Assembly (NCBI GenBank): GCA_963575745.1
Contig: CAUYUJ010000316.1
Coordinates: forward strand, 62,001 to 115,459
From: Prorocentrum cordatum
Lineage: Eukaryota
Direction of reading: 5' to 3'
DNA: 53,459 nt
Shown here: positions 16,121-29,283 of the stretch, in pieces
Position numbering within the stretch: position 1 is the first letter of the stretch
Layout: each line of letters opens with the position of its first letter
Program-made: the position numbers and the translations under genes
Notes under the pieces: model-generated
The model's database searches: none
What the model saw: the letters and a program-made list of their open reading frames with translations, nothing else
What the model was told of the DNA's origin: nothing

Positions 16121-16734
16121 AATGGTTACTGTGGAAAGTCGCTCTTCCTAACTGCTGTAGCAGCCGTCGATGGGGGTGGGGGGGGGGACGACCAAACTTC
16201 TGAGGTCAGCGCGGCTTTTCTTAGATCGGCGCGGGTCCTCACTGGCGCGGCGCCCCCGGCGCGCTCCGCGCGCCAGGGAGGGGGATCCAGCGTCGATCCT
16301 AGAAATCCGCGCGGACTTCAAAAGCCGCCTCCTGATGTCGTTGTTTGCTCCCCGAAGGGTTCGCGGGGGGGGGTTGCCGTAACCCACCACCGCCCATCCG
16401 CGCAGGTCTGGCACCACAGAGCGCGGCGCTGGATGCACTGCGGCAGCGCGGGGGGCGCATTTGGGGGGGGGAGCGTTTGTTGCTGATGAGGGCAACGGGG
16501 GGGGAGGGGGGGATGCGGGATGATTGTGGTATGGTACGCGGGTCTGAGTGATACCAGCATGCGATCACCGTGCGCGGGTTCGCTTGCGCTTGGGATTGTT
16601 CTTGCTTCGACGCGCGAACATTAAGGAATACGCCTTCCTCTCAATTTCTTGAATGGGCATATATACATGTGGGGGGTGACCAGATTCGTTATTTGAGGGC
16701 GGGTCCGAACTACTTGTTAGTAGTCTTGCCTGCA

Positions 16735-18800
16735 TGCTACATCCTCCTCCGCTCTGATGGAACATGGATGGAAGGAACCTCCACCTACTCCTTCCCGAGG
16801 GACAGGGAGGGATGGAACCGCCCCCTCCTCCTCGTCCTACTCCTCCTCCTTCCCGGAAAAAAAAAAGCCCCCCCCCCCCCCCTCCGCCCTGAAGGAAAGG
16901 GAGGTAAGTAACCTCTTCCTCTTCCTCCTCCTCCTCCTCCTCCTCCTCCTCCTGGTTCTCTTCATTCCCCTCATCCTCCTTCTTCCTGGTGGAGGGAGAC
17001 AGAGAGGAGCCACATGTTCCACAGAAGGGGGCAAAACCACCTGCTCCTCCTCTCTGACAGAAAAGGAAGGAAGGCACCTCCGCCCCCTCCATCCTGCAGA
17101 TAAAAAAGGATACTCATCATCCTCGACATCTCCTTCCTGAGAAGGAAAGAAGGGAAGGAACCTCCTCATCCCCCTTCCACCTCCTGCCCCCCCTTCGCCT
17201 CGTCCTCCTCCTTCCTGAGGGCGAAGGAAGGGGGGGAACCTCTTCCTCTTCCCTGAGGGGAAGAGAAAGGGCGGACGAAGAGTGAAGCGACGGCACCTCC
17301 AGATCCTCCTCCCTGGGGGAAGGATGGGGTGGGGGGAAAGAACATCCTCCTCCTCGTTCTTCGCTTGAAAGAAAATTGAAGGGAAGAACCTATCCTCCTC
17401 CGGAAACGAGGAGGCGGAGCGTGGCTGCATCGTTGTCCTTATCCTCCTCCCTGAGGGGGAAAGAAAGAAAGGGGCCTCCGTCTCCCTCTTGACGGGTAGA
17501 GAAAGATCGGAACCACCTCCTCCTCCTCCGTCCAGACGGAAAAAAAGGGCGGAAGGAACCTCCACCCCCCACATCCTGAGGGCAAGGAGAGGGAGGGAAC
17601 CTCCTCACCCTCCCCCTCTGCTTCCTGAGGAAGTGGGAAGGGGCAGGGCACCTTCTTCCTTCCCGAAGGAAGGGGCGGAACGTAACCTCCTCCTGATATT
17701 GTTTCATGTCCCACCTCTCTTGAGGGATCGGGAAGGGAAAGAGCCCCCACCCCCTCCTTCCTGAGGGGAGAGGAACCAAGGAACTCTCTCCCCCCCTCCC
17801 CCCTTCCTTCGTGAAGAAACAGGGGAGGAAAGAACTGCCTCCTCCCTCCTGAGGGAAAAAGGGGATGCAAGAACATCCGTCTCCTTCCTGATGGGAAAAG
17901 AAGATACGGAACCCCCCCTCCTCCTGAAAGGGGGAGGGGAGGAGAAGGCATCTCCTCATCATCCTCCTACCTGAGAAAGAAGGGAGGGGAAAAACCTCCT
18001 CCTCCTCCTCCTTCCTGGGTGACGAAAGGACAGGAACCCCTTCCTCCTCCTCCTCCTCGTTTTCCTCATCCTCCTCCTTCCTGGGGCGGGAGAAGGACAG
18101 GAACCGCCTTCTCCCCCCTGAAGAAGGAGAGAAGGGGCGAAACCACCTCCTCCTACCACTTGAGGGAAAGAGGGAGGGAAGGAACCAGCTCGCCCTCCCT
18201 TTGGGAGGAAAGGAAAGGGAAAGGACCTCCTAATCCTTCTCTCTCTTGTGAAGAAGAGCGGAAGGGGGGAACATCCGTTTCCTCATTGGGGGCAGGGAAG
18301 GAACGTAACCTGGCTGGCCCTCATTCTCCTCATCCTCCTTCTTCATGAGATAGATGCAAGGGAAGGGACCTTATCCTTTTTCTCCTTGGGGGAGAGAGAA
18401 GGGGTGGAACCACCACCTCCTCCCTCCTCCTCCTCTTCCTCCTCCTCCGCCCTGACGGAAAAGAGAGGGAAGGAACCCCCGCCATCCCTCCTGAGGGGAA
18501 GGGCCTTTCCAGCTGGAGGGACAAAGGAAAAAACACACCCCACTTCCTGAGAAGGAGACAGTGGGGCGGAATCACCTCCTCCTTATCCCTGGCGTAAAAG
18601 GGTGCGAAGTCATCCCCGCCCCTCCCTCCCGAGGTACAGAAAATCGATGGGACCTCCTCGTCCTCCTCCTCCTCCTCCTCGTCCTCCTCCTCCTCCTCCG
18701 TTTCCTCCTCCTCCTCCTGCTCCTCCTCCTCTACTTTCTAAGAAGAAATGACGAGAATGTGAGGAAGAGGAAAAGGATGGAACCGCCTCGCCTTTCCTGA
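16735..18800. repeat. Low-complexity satellite of alternating purine and pyrimidine runs (GGAACCTCCTCC..CCTGAGGGGA)
   Basis: Recurrent CCTGAG(G/A) junctions between CT-rich and GA-rich runs. Confidence 0.75.
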
Positions 18801-20007
18801 AATAAAGTAAGCACGAAACTCCTTTCTCATATACACCGGCCTATGGTAGGTTTTTGCACAGACGATGCATCGGTCTATCACAGACCTACCGTCGGCTTAT
18901 GCATCTCACACGCAAAAGGTATATCCGATACCTATGCGCTGCTTACGCTTAGGCGTAGCATGGCATATCGATGGGGCATCAGAGGCCCAATGCGTAGTCC
19001 GTCCATAAGCCTATCTCCATATGGGCAGATTGTCTCGCAGATCAGCCGCAAGGGTTCCAACACAATTGTTGCTCAATGCTTGCAAGGTGCGCGCAGGTTG
19101 TATTCGATGCGTTGTCCGCGATGCCGCATCCTGTGCATGTGAAAGTAAGCAGAAATACAATCGATACACTTACCGTCTGTTTGTTTAACGGTTCGGGAAA
19201 CCGAATTGGTAATTGTATTCGCCTTCGCTTTCCCCCAACCAAAAAAAAACATAACGTGCAAGGGCATGGCTCAGTTGAAACCACAGACATCCCGCATACC
19301 AGGAGGCGGTCGGCGATGAGTTCTACCGAAATTCGAAGGCAGACGAATTGCATATACAATTGTCGCCTGTTTTTCGCACGTCGCCTCGCCAATCATCCAC
19401 TGGGTTTTCAGCACAGTCGTTGCTGGATTTCTGGGTTGCCAAAACCTCTATGCGGCAGGAATTGCAAGTGATGGCGCTATTTTGGCGCAAGAAGATCGGT
19501 TCAGATGAGCACGCTGAGGAAGAAAAAAAAGACAACAACAAACGGTCTCCGGTTCCCCAGGGGCTCCGTTTTGAACCGCCCAAACAAGCCCAGCACATGT
19601 AACACAAATGCACGTATGCACTTTCTCTCTTTCAGAGGCCTCAAGAAGCCCTCGTGAGGCGGCGGTGGGCGCTTGCAAACGTGAAACATGCTCGCGGTCC
19701 ATGGGGATGTGCAAGCGGGAAAGCCTTTTGCGGGAATACGGTGCGCACTCCCATGTAGAACCGCACAACGGATCCTCCTGACGGATTCCAAACTATTGGG
19801 GGATCAAATGTATTCCTTTCGTGGCGGATTACGAACTGATTTCCTGTGAAAGTTTGATATTTTCTCTTTATACAACCAAGAATCACATGGCAAAACAAAA
19901 ATCCTGCACCGCAGGGATTGCCACCGACCGCCCCCTGAGGTCCAGGATCGTCCTTCTTGTGCAAACCTTGCAATTTCTATAAATTTTCAAGCTGGCACAC
20001 CTTGACT

Positions 20008-20170
20008 TTGTGGCGGATTACACATTGATCCCCTGTGTGGCGGATTACACATTGCTTCCCTTTGTGGCGGATTACACACTGATTCCTTGTGCGGCGAATT
20101 ACAATGTGTTTCCTTTTTGTGGCGGATTACACATGGACTTCTGTTGCGGATCACAAGTTTATTCCCTTTG
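20008..20170. repeat. 27-28-bp tandem repeat, ~6 units (TTGTGGCGGATTACACATTG..)
   Basis: Visible tandem units with no unique spacers; one extra copy near 19821. Confidence 0.9.
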
Positions 20171-20879
20171 TGTCACTTTGATTCAAAAGACACCCAAGTT
20201 GCAAACATAGCCAAAACACAATCCTGGACATCAAAGACTCGCCACCGACCGTCCCCTGAGGTCTGGGATCATTTGCAGCTGTAGTGCCTGCAGTATTTGC
20301 AACTGTTGTTTATAAGTATACAAACTGGCATATCAAATGCAATGTGTGGCAATGTCAAAGCTGCTGCTTTTTCGCTGCAAGTTTCTCTTTTTTTGCTGCA
20401 AACAAAGGTTTTTTCTGTTTTTTTGTTTTTTGTTTTTTTTTATATTTAAAATATAAAAAAAATCCACATATTCAACCAAACCCAAACAACACAACTTGGA
20501 ACCCGTTGTTTTTCAATTCCGTGACCTGGTACTACAAGCATCTCCAATGGGGAAGGGGGGCAGGACGCGCGTCATGGCCCGGAGGGTGAACAACACTCTC
20601 TCTGAGGAGGAAGTGACGCACTGACAGAAAGTAGACGGAGGTCCAACCACGTCCATCCATCCCCCACACACACACCACACACATTTGTAACGTCGCAGCG
20701 CGGCAGAGGCGTTCCGCACGCGCGCTCTACTGAGTCGGGCAATGGCAGACACTCCTTGTCCGGCGGCGAGTGGGAGAACACACACACACTCTCACACACA
20801 CACACACATTCACACTTGTTGGCGAACGCGGCCTCGCGGGCAGCGTTGAGGCGGAGCAACACACACACACACATCTCTA

Positions 20880-21063
20880 CAGTAGAGGCCTGTCCACAAG
20901 AAACCTTCCACCAGAAACCTAACCCTGAGACCCCAGGACGTCAATTGATTTCTGGTGTGGGAACGCCACGCTTCCCATAATTATAATTAAAAAAACTCTG
21001 AAACCCAGAAACCCAGGGCACCCCAGCGGCAAGCAGGGTGTTCCTTGGCATGGGTCTCCAATC
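20880..21063 (+). mobile_element. TA-flanked dispersed element starting CAGTAG (Tc1/mariner-like MITE); second copy 45433-45600
   Basis: Copies share AACCCTGAGACCCCAG, GGGAACG.CACGCTT.CCATA and GGCAAGCAGGGTGTT.CTTGGCA; both are flanked by TA. Confidence 0.7.
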
Positions 21064-21140
21064 TAGTCCTCATCCCCCTCTTTGACGCCCCCGACCCTCG
21101 AGAAGATGTCGCGCAGGAAGCGGCCCCTCTCCAACCCTCA

Positions 21141-21310
21141 TGGGCCTGTTTTCCACCACCACCACCATAAGTTGGAGGGGGAGGATGAGGAGGACGAGGA
21201 GGCGGAGGAGGAGGCTGAAGAGGAGGAGGCCGAGAAGGAGGAGGTGGAGGAGGAGGAGGAGGACCCCCTCCCCCTCCTGCTTATGGTGGTGGTGGTGGAA
21301 CACAAGCCCA
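21141..21310. mobile_element. MITE with TIR GGGCCTGT.TTCCACCACCACCACCAT and a central (GAG)n; second copy 35897-36043
   Basis: Inverted arms of ~40 bp enclose a (GAG)n tract in both copies. Confidence 0.8.
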
Positions 21311-23099
21311 CCACACCCCAAGCCCTCGATCGGCCCCAAATCAGTTCCCGGACACTTGGCCCGGCGCCTCCAGGGGTCCATCCCTGGGGCGTGTTTCTGT
21401 CCGAGCCGCGTCCAGGGTATCGCCCGCCCACATGGGGTCGGAGGAGCGCGCTGCGCCATCCAGAGCCTGGTGTCCTCCATGCCGACGTCGCCGATGCAGC
21501 GATGCCTGCCTCGGCGGCGCGGTGCGATCCTTCGGCCCCGTCTGCCCCAGCCCCGCCTGAGCGGCCTGCCGCCCAGACCCCGGAGGCGAAGCCACTGGGA
21601 GAGACGAGAAACGGCGCGGACCCCGCGGCGTCACCTTGTGGTCGCAGCGTGGGCCACCAGAGGTCTCGGCTCCTTTCCCAGAGGCGGTCTCCCATCCCGA
21701 ATACTTGCTTGACTGTCTGCGGGCCACGTGGGGGCCCCGGATGCCGGATCTGGATGGGGGGAGGGGAAGTCGGAAGCCCAGGCAGGACGACCTCCCCCCA
21801 AAAAAATACATACATTTCAACGCCACTCCTCGAGCTCTCAGGCAGGCCAAGGGTGCTCTCAGGCCAGCGCGCCCTCAGCTCTCAGTACAGGTAGACCCCG
21901 TAGGCCGTCGCCACGCAGAACAGGCTCTCGTTCGAGTACGTCTCCGAGGCTGCGCGGGGCCGAGGGGAGGGGCAAAGAGATGGGGGGATTTGTTCTTGAC
22001 GTTTTGGCCTCTGGGGGCCCTCGCCGACTCTGGGACCGTCAAAAACGCGGCTCAAGATGAAACACTGGTCCCCGGGAAAGAGTCGGGACTTCCAGAGACC
22101 GCGCATGGAAAAAAAAAAAAAGGACGTCGCATGTCTGGGAAGAGAGGAGCGGACGCAGCACGCGATGACGGGACCACAATCAGGACGCCGCATGTCTGGG
22201 AAAGAGGAGGGGAGCGGACACAACACGCGATCATGTGCTCGGCGGCGCACTCGTGAAGCCACTGAGCTTACTGCACGAATGGAACCGAAGGCGCTCAGCT
22301 GCGTGCACGAGCGGCTGCTCATAGGCGCCGCGGTGGCTGTTCACGGGGGTGGGGGCGGGGCCGAGGGGGGCGCGCTGGGGGCCGCGGCGGCGGCGAGTGC
22401 CTGAGGCCGTGCGGCGGTGCGGCGCGAAAGCCACAGCGTCGGGCGGGCCGTGGATTCGCGCTGGTCTGGGCTGCGCAGCACGCCGCGGGCTCCCGTCGGC
22501 TTCACGCAAGCGCGGCCCTCGGCAAGAGCGGCAGTTGGTGCGGACCTCCCGAACGTTGCACGCTGTGCGACAACCTGCCCCGCCCCCCGCGGCTCCCGCA
22601 AGCCGCGCACCAAAAGTCACTCCGAAGAGTGGCCCTCCTTCTCCGGGCGGGCGGGGGGTAGCCATAATGTGGCGAGAAGAGATGGCCCTAGATGGGGCCC
22701 TTGAATTGCCTTTTGGGCGCCGGCTGGCTACATTGGGGGGCGCCTGGGAAGCAAGCAGCCGACGGCGAACACGACGGCGGGCAGCCAAGTAGTGGGACCC
22801 GGCTACTCGTGGCCGACAGACAGCTATTCTAAGCCGCTCGAGGCGAACAATTCTTATGCCCAAGCACCTTGTTATGCTTTGGGGCACGAGATCTGATGTG
22901 GCTGCTGGCCGCAGCCGGACTCAACGCCATAATTCGTGCTTTCGGGCCCCAGCTACGACGACGAGGGTCAGAAACAACCCCAAGAGACCACAAGTGGGCC
23001 CCTCAAACAGACCCCACAGAACCATCAGAGTGAGAAGGCCGGACGGTCATTCACTGTCCCTGGGTGCGTGGCTGGCTCAAGTGAGCTTCCGCGGTGCGG

Positions 23100-23132
<33 letters not shown>

Positions 23133-23362
23133 GGTGTTATTGTTGAGTTCTGAATTCTAAGAAAATAATTGTTGTTGGTCTCCCCTGCCCGGTAGCCATG
23201 AGATTACCTAACAGCGAAGACTGATAGGTTTCTAGTGGGGTCAAAAAGAGCATTATGACTCCTCAGGGGGGTCGGGGCGGGACCCGGGGCGGGACCCGGC
23301 GCGGCTGCCGTCGAAGCCCAAATCGCTTGGGACATCCTCGCAAAATCGCTCTTGGCGCTGCT

Positions 23363-23740
23363 AGAACTCCATTCCCGGCGTACATTTTGGATGCCCGGAG
23401 CCAACTGTAGGCCACTTCGTACTCTTCGACTTCCCAGAACTCCGTTCCCGGCGTACATTTTGGATGCCCGGAGCCAACTGTAGGCCACTTCGTGGTCTTC
23501 GAGTTCCCAGAACTCCATTCCCGGGCCACATTTTGAATGCCCGGAGCCAACTGTAGGCCACTTCGTGCTCTTTCGACCGGGCCACATTTTGGATGCCCGG
23601 AGCCAACTGTAGGCCATCGTGCTCTTCAAGTTCTCAGAACTCCATTCCTGGGCATGATTTTGAATGCCCGGAGCCAACTGTAGGCCACTCGTGTTCTTCT
23701 AGTTCCCAGAACTCCATTCCTGGGCCACATTTTGAATGCT
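23363..23740. repeat. 73-bp minisatellite, ~5.5 units (AGAACTCCATTCCCGG..CATTTTGGATGCCCGGAGCCAACTGTAGGCCAC)
   Basis: Unit starts at 23363, 23436, 23509, 23636 and 23708. Confidence 0.95.
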
Positions 23741-24066
23741 GAGGCAGGCTGATGCTGCGGCCGAGGCAGGCTGAGGCTGAGGCAGGCTGAGGCTGAGGCC
23801 GAGGCTGAAGGCAGACAGAGGCTGAGGCTGAAGCAGACTGAGGCTGAGGCTGAGGCAGGCTGAGGCTGAGGCTGAGGCAGGCTGATGCTGAGGCAGGCTG
23901 AGGCTGAGGCTGAGGCTGATGCAGGCTGAGGCTGAGGCAGGCTGAGGCTGAGGCCGAGGCTGAAGGCAGACTGAGGCTGAGGCTGAAGCAGGCTGAGGCT
24001 GAGGCTGAGGCAGGCTGAGGCTGAGGCAGGCTGAGGCTGAGGCTGAGGCAGGCTGAGGCTGAGGCT
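23738..24066. repeat. (GCTGAG)n / GCTGAGGCAG microsatellite
   Basis: Visible repeat. Confidence 0.95.
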
Positions 24067-24929
24067 GTGACTGCGACTGCCGTTGCCACTGCGACTGTCA
24101 TCGCGAATGCGACTACGACTGCGAGAACAGCAGAATTCTACAACTGGATTCTCATCTGAATCTGAAGGGGAATGCTTCCAGATATGCTCCTACACATCGC
24201 TGTTAGGTTGCTTTGCTGGGATAATTTTTCAATACAAGTGCCTCTCCCGGGGCTTGCGCCCTACTTTTTATAAGGGAAAGCCGGGTGTCACCAAACTGGG
24301 CCCTTGGCCCCCGAGTTACAACAACGACAACGGCTCCCGCCTAATGCTTCCTCACGATGTATTGAGGGTTCGCGGTCTCGCGCGGGACTTTCTCACCAGG
24401 TATAAAGGAATCGCGCCCTGACGTGGGACTTCCTCGCCATGTATTCAGACGCCGCGCCCTCGACACTCAGGAATAACGCTCTCGCTCTGGATTTTCCGAT
24501 ATTTTTTGGGGGGGATCGCGCTATCGCTCGAGAATTCCTCACGATTCATGCAAGACTCACGCTTCAGTATCCCGCCTGCTCCGACATGGCCGCCTGGGCC
24601 CGCCTTCCCGACCCACCCGCCAGGTTCTGCCCGCCTGATCTGCCCGTCTGGATCTGCAACGGGCTTTCTGCTCCTGGCCACCCTCCTGCTAAGGTCTATC
24701 GTGCTGCGTCCTTCCCCCTCCCCTTTCCATCAGTCCTCTCTTCCGCTGTTTTAGGGGCTGCGCGAAATGCACGTGGCATATTGGGGCACGATCGAAGACG
24801 CAAAGGGCGGGTACCGAGGGTTTGGGATGTACGTATTGAATGGCACGCGAATGGATAAGAACGAACAAGATCGAAATGATTGATGTTGTGTTTGCTGTTG
24901 GTTGTTGTTGCGTTGTTCGTTGTCCGATC

Positions 24930-25125
24930 CGCCCGCGACCCGGCCCGCGACCCACGCGCGACCCACGCGCGACCCACCCGCGACCCACCCACAACCCACC
25001 CGCGACCCAACCCGCGACCCAGCCGCGACCCAGCCGCGACCAACCTGGGACCCTCCCCCGACCCATCCAGGACCCAGCCGCGACCCATCCACGACCTGGC
25101 CTATGACCCACCTGCGACCCACCCA
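24930..25125. repeat. ~11-bp GCGACCC.. short tandem repeat
   Basis: Repeated CGCGACCC motifs. Confidence 0.85.
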
Positions 25126-25755
25126 CATTCTTTGCTAGAAGATCGGCGCCTGTGGCGGTCTCCCTGTATAATTTTTGAAAATGGGGTGCCTGCGGCGAGC
25201 TTCTTCAGAGTCTCGCAGACGGCCGGCATTCCCCGCCGCCCCCTCACTGTTATCCGCAACTGCGAGGTGCTACGGCGCTACGGTCTGATACTGTTGGTGG
25301 CCTTCTCTGAACCCTCTTGGAGCCCTCTCGGGACTCTCTTGGGGACCTCTTGGAAATTTCCTGGAGCCCTCTGCAGTCTCGGTCCCAGAGGGTCCTAAGA
25401 GAAGCCCAAGGCGCACCAAGAGGGTCCGAAGAAGCGCCGAGAGGGTCCTGCAAATAGACCCCAACACTTTAATTCTGGCTCCTTTGGGGCCCGCTTATGG
25501 GTTTATGTGCTGCCTGGGACTCTTCCGACGGCACTTCTTACTGGTTCGTGGGATGTGTCCGCGGCCTCGGGGCAGAATGTACCGGACCAAGCAAACAAGC
25601 CCGGACCATACTAAGCAGATCAACCTGATCACCAAAACTGCAATCCAACAACACTTGTCTTACTGTGGATGGGCCGCAAATAAGCCCGCCTGCCACCAGA
25701 CCACTGGACAGTCCAGACCAGCCACCCAGACCAACCAGACCAAGCAGACTAGCTA

Positions 25756-25920
25756 CACCTTAGGCGATGCTTAAGAAAACTTACATGTTCGGCCAGAGGC
25801 TCGATTATTCTTAACGTTTCCATGTAAATCTTCAGATTTTAATAGAAACGTTGGGTTTTTATTCAAGTTCTGAGACTATGAATTTCTTAACCCATGATTT
25901 CTTAAGCATTTCGCAGGGTG
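25756..25920 (-). mobile_element. 165-bp MITE, CACC..GGTG ends, TA target-site duplication (copy 1, opposite orientation to copies 2 and 3)
   Basis: Imperfect 23-bp TIR CACCTTAGGCGATGCTTAAGAAA / CACCCTGCGAAATGCTTAAGAAA; TA at 25754-25755 and 25921-25922. Confidence 0.92.
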
Positions 25921-26269
25921 TAGACCAGTCAGTCAGACCAGCCAGGTAGACAAACCAGGAAGGCCAGGTGTAGCAACCAAGCCAAACAGAGCAGCTAGCC
26001 GTTCAGACCAGCGACGCCTGGCGCAGACTAAGCAGGTCAACCTGCCCGGACCAAGCAGACAAGCCCAGACCAGCCTGAGCAGATCAACCTGACCAGACCA
26101 AGTAGACTAGCCAGACCAGCCAGTCAGACCACCCAGACCAGCCAGCCAGACCAGTCAGACCAGCCAGCCAGACCAGCCAGCGAGCCAGGCGCAACTGCAG
26201 CACAAAAAAACGATTGCAATGCGCAAGATATTGAAATGCAGCAAGAACTGCCATGTAGCAAAACAAAGC

Positions 26270-27865
26270 TTTCGTGTCGTCGTCGACGACATGTGCGCTT
26301 AAACCCAATCTCAACCCTCCCTGAACCTCCCAAAACCACACTTGGCTCTCACGCGGAATCCTAGGCTCAAGCTCAAACAGCGCCACTAACACGGAACAAA
26401 AGCAGTGCAAACAAAGCTGCAATGCATTGAGTATGCCTGTGGGGCCAATGCATTGAGTATGGCTGTGTGGCCAGGTCTAGAAGGTCGGGGCGCAGGCGTT
26501 CGGGAGTTATTTCTTTTTTTTAAGCTGTTTGGGATCAACTGGCTGCCATGGGCGACGCGCCGACACCTCCAGAGTTGCACCGGTGACCAGAACAAAAACT
26601 GTCGGGCTCCTGCGCGCAGCTCTATGGAAAGGTAGGGGACCTGGCCAAGGAACACACTCAAGCAGTGCAAGGCAAACTGCACCGCAATAAAAACTGCGCC
26701 TGTGTCGTCGTCGCCGACATGTGCGCTGACGAAACCACGCTCAGCTCGCACGCGGAATCCTAAGCTTTCCAGCAGTGCCGCCACAGCGGCAAACAAACTG
26801 CAATGCAGGACAAAAGCACGGCAGTGCAATGCAAAAGAGTGTTCGCGTCTTCGTCGCCGACATATATGTGCTTCACCCCGCCCTGAACCTCCCGAAACCA
26901 CGCTTGGCACCCACGCGGAATCTAAAGCCGAAGCTCCAACAGTGCTGCCAGAGCGCAAAACAACCACAACGCAGAACACATGCCATGGAAAACAACTACA
27001 ACGCAACAAGACTGTGCTCGTGTGGTGGTCGCCAGCATGTGCGCGTCAACTCTCCCTGAACCTCCCCACACCACGCAATCGCCGGCGTGTGTGCTTTCAT
27101 CCTGCCTGAACCTCCCTGGACTACTCTTGGCTCGCACGCGGGACCCTAAGCTCAAGCTCTGGCAGCGCCACTGCAGGGCAAACAGAAACAGCAATGCAAA
27201 CGAGAACAGCAAGGCACAGCAAACAGACATGCGAACAAACTGCAATTCGTGCGGTGGTCGCGTCGAAATGTGCACTCCAACCCTCCCTGAGCCTCCCGGA
27301 ACCACGCTTGACTCTCACGCGAAATCCGAAGCTCAAGCTCGAGCAAGGCCACTGTAGCGCAAGAAAACCGGCAATGCAAACAGCAACTGCACTGAAACGA
27401 CACGGCAATGCCCTAACAACTGTTTTCGTGTGATGGTCGCTGACATGTGTGCGTCAACCCTCCCTGAACCTCCCCCGACCACGCTTGGGTCTCACGCGGA
27501 ATCCTGAGCTCAAGCTCGATCAGCACTACTACAGCACCAGCAAAAACTGCAACGTAGAAAAACAAATGCAACGCAATGCACAAGACTGCTTGGCGGCGCG
27601 CAGAGGGGGTACGGGGAGGGGGGAAGACGTCTTGGACGGAGGCTGCTTCTTAGAAGGCGCTGACCCTGTATCTACAGAGAAGGCCCGCGCCTTCTAAGAA
27701 GCAGGGGTGCTTCTAAGAAGCCTTCCCCCCTCCCCCTGCCCCCCTCCGCGCGTGGCCGAACTGTTTTCCTGTGTCGCCGACATGTCCACTTCAACCCGCC
27801 TCCCTGAACCTCCCCAAGCCATGCTTGGCTCTCACGCGGAATCACCCTAAGCTCAAGCTCGAGCA
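26270..27865. repeat. Diverged ~175-bp tandem array (CCTGAACCTCCC..CCACGCTTGGCTCTCACGCGGAATCCTAAGCTCAAGCTC) interrupted by insertions
   Basis: Core recurs near 26320, 26882, 27104, 27286, 27463 and 27803. Confidence 0.85.
27597..27751. mobile_element. Foldback MITE nested in the ~175-bp array
   Basis: CGCGCAGAGGGGG..GGGGAGGGGGAAGAC and CTTCTTAGAAGGCGC are mirrored by GCGCCTTCTAAGAAG and CTTCCCCCCTCCCCC..CCCCCTCCGCGCG. Confidence 0.7.
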
Positions 27866-27986
27866 GCTAAGGTGAAGCTGGAGTCTCAAACTTTGAGCGT
27901 GCTCTTTTGAAGCTTGGCGTCTCGTCGTGTGCTGCAACGGCTCAGAACTTTTGTGGACGGGTGACGTCTCGGAGTGGCGATGCTTC

Positions 27987-28167
27987 CAGAAGGACAGGAC
28001 AAGGGGGGGGGCCATGTCGTCGATCTGGCCGTCAATTTCAGCGGCCACGCCACAGAAACATTCATGCGCTTCCTTGACGGCCCTGGGGATGGTTCTACCG
28101 AGCCTGGCTCGAAGACGTTTGTAGAAGAATGCCCGGTGGAGGGATTTGCCGCCAGCAGCTGGATATC
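27987..28167 (-). CDS. Exon of the P-loop/AAA-like gene (G)YPAAGGKSLHRAFFYKRL...IDGQIDDMAPPLVLSF(W)
   Basis: CCAG|GA acceptor completes a Walker-A-like motif with exon 32115-32344; G/C-ending codons. The 3' donor (TG|GA) is uncertain. Confidence 0.65.
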
Positions 28168-29160
28168 CTGGGGGCAGGGCAAGGGGCGGGAGAAATCAGA
28201 GGAGGGGAGATGCGGGAGGGGAGGGGAGTGCAAGTTCAAAGTTCAGGAGGCGAGAGGGAAACAAGGAGGGACCAGAGCGGGGGGGGGGGGGGGGGGAAAC
28301 TTGGGTTCCAAGCTTAAACATGTTTTGTTGGTACCATTCGCGACACCGCCCGTGGAACGCCATGCCCCTCTCCACACCCACTGGCCACGTCATGATTTGC
28401 GCCGGCGACGTGCAGGAAAGAGCCTTTTCCTGAGCTTTCCCAGGCAGCGCCAGCGCGACGCGACGCGACCCGCCCCCCTGCCTCCCCCCCCCCCCGTCAC
28501 GCCTGTCGTCGTCAGAGGGTAAAAACTGTCTCTTCGGCGCGACGCGACGTGACTGGCCCCCTCCCCCCTGGTCAGGCCCGCTGTCGCCGGAGAGGACGGA
28601 GGACGAGGTGCTGAGCTGGAGGGGAAGGAGGAGGGGCAGGAGGAGGAGGAGGAGGAGGAGGAGGAGGAGGAGGAGGAGGGGCAGGAGGAGGAGGAGGAGG
28701 AGGGGCAGGAGGAGGAGGAAGGGGAAGGGGGAGGGGCAGGTGGAGGGGAAGGAGGAGGGGCAGGGGGAGGAGGAGGAGGAGGGGGAGGAGGAGGAGGAGA
28801 AGGCTGGGGAAGGAGAGCGCTGCCCCTTCCGGAGAACAAGCAAGCGGCATCATCACCACGGCCGCGGGGAGCCCCAGGGGTAAAGGGACCCTCCCCGGTG
28901 GTGCGGCCACCCCGCGATGCAGGGGCCCGCTCGAGCCCTCTTCGACTCTGCTCCTCGTGGTGGCATCGTGCACCTGCTCGCCGACGTGACCCAATGGCGG
29001 TGGTGCCGATCCTGCCCCCCTCCTTGCCATCGCTCGGCCGTCCAGTCCCCGTGCCTCTTTCGCCGTCGCGCGTGCAGATATTCATCGCGAGCTGATCCAA
29101 TATGCTCCTCGATGGTCCTCGCCGGAGAAAAGCAACAAAACCAAAACCAAAAGCAAAAGC

Positions 29161-29212
<52 letters not shown>

Positions 29213-29235
29213 GCAACAACAACAACAACAACAAG

Positions 29236-29280
<45 letters not shown>

Positions 29281-29283
<3 letters not shown>

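Larger units (their letters stand above)
23146..24881 (+). mobile_element. (GTT)n-flanked, TIR-less composite element, copy 1
   Basis: Both termini match the termini of 29281-30406 (reverse); GTT tracts at 23098-23145 and 24882-24923. Confidence 0.65.

Noticed and set aside
19030..19800. Unique-looking island with several short ORFs
   Set aside because: No frame shows convincing codon bias, motif or splice-site pair.
20008..20170. CRISPR-like look of the 27-bp repeats (also the 73- and 77-bp arrays)
   Set aside because: Units are contiguous with no unique spacers, there are no cas genes, and the context is eukaryotic.
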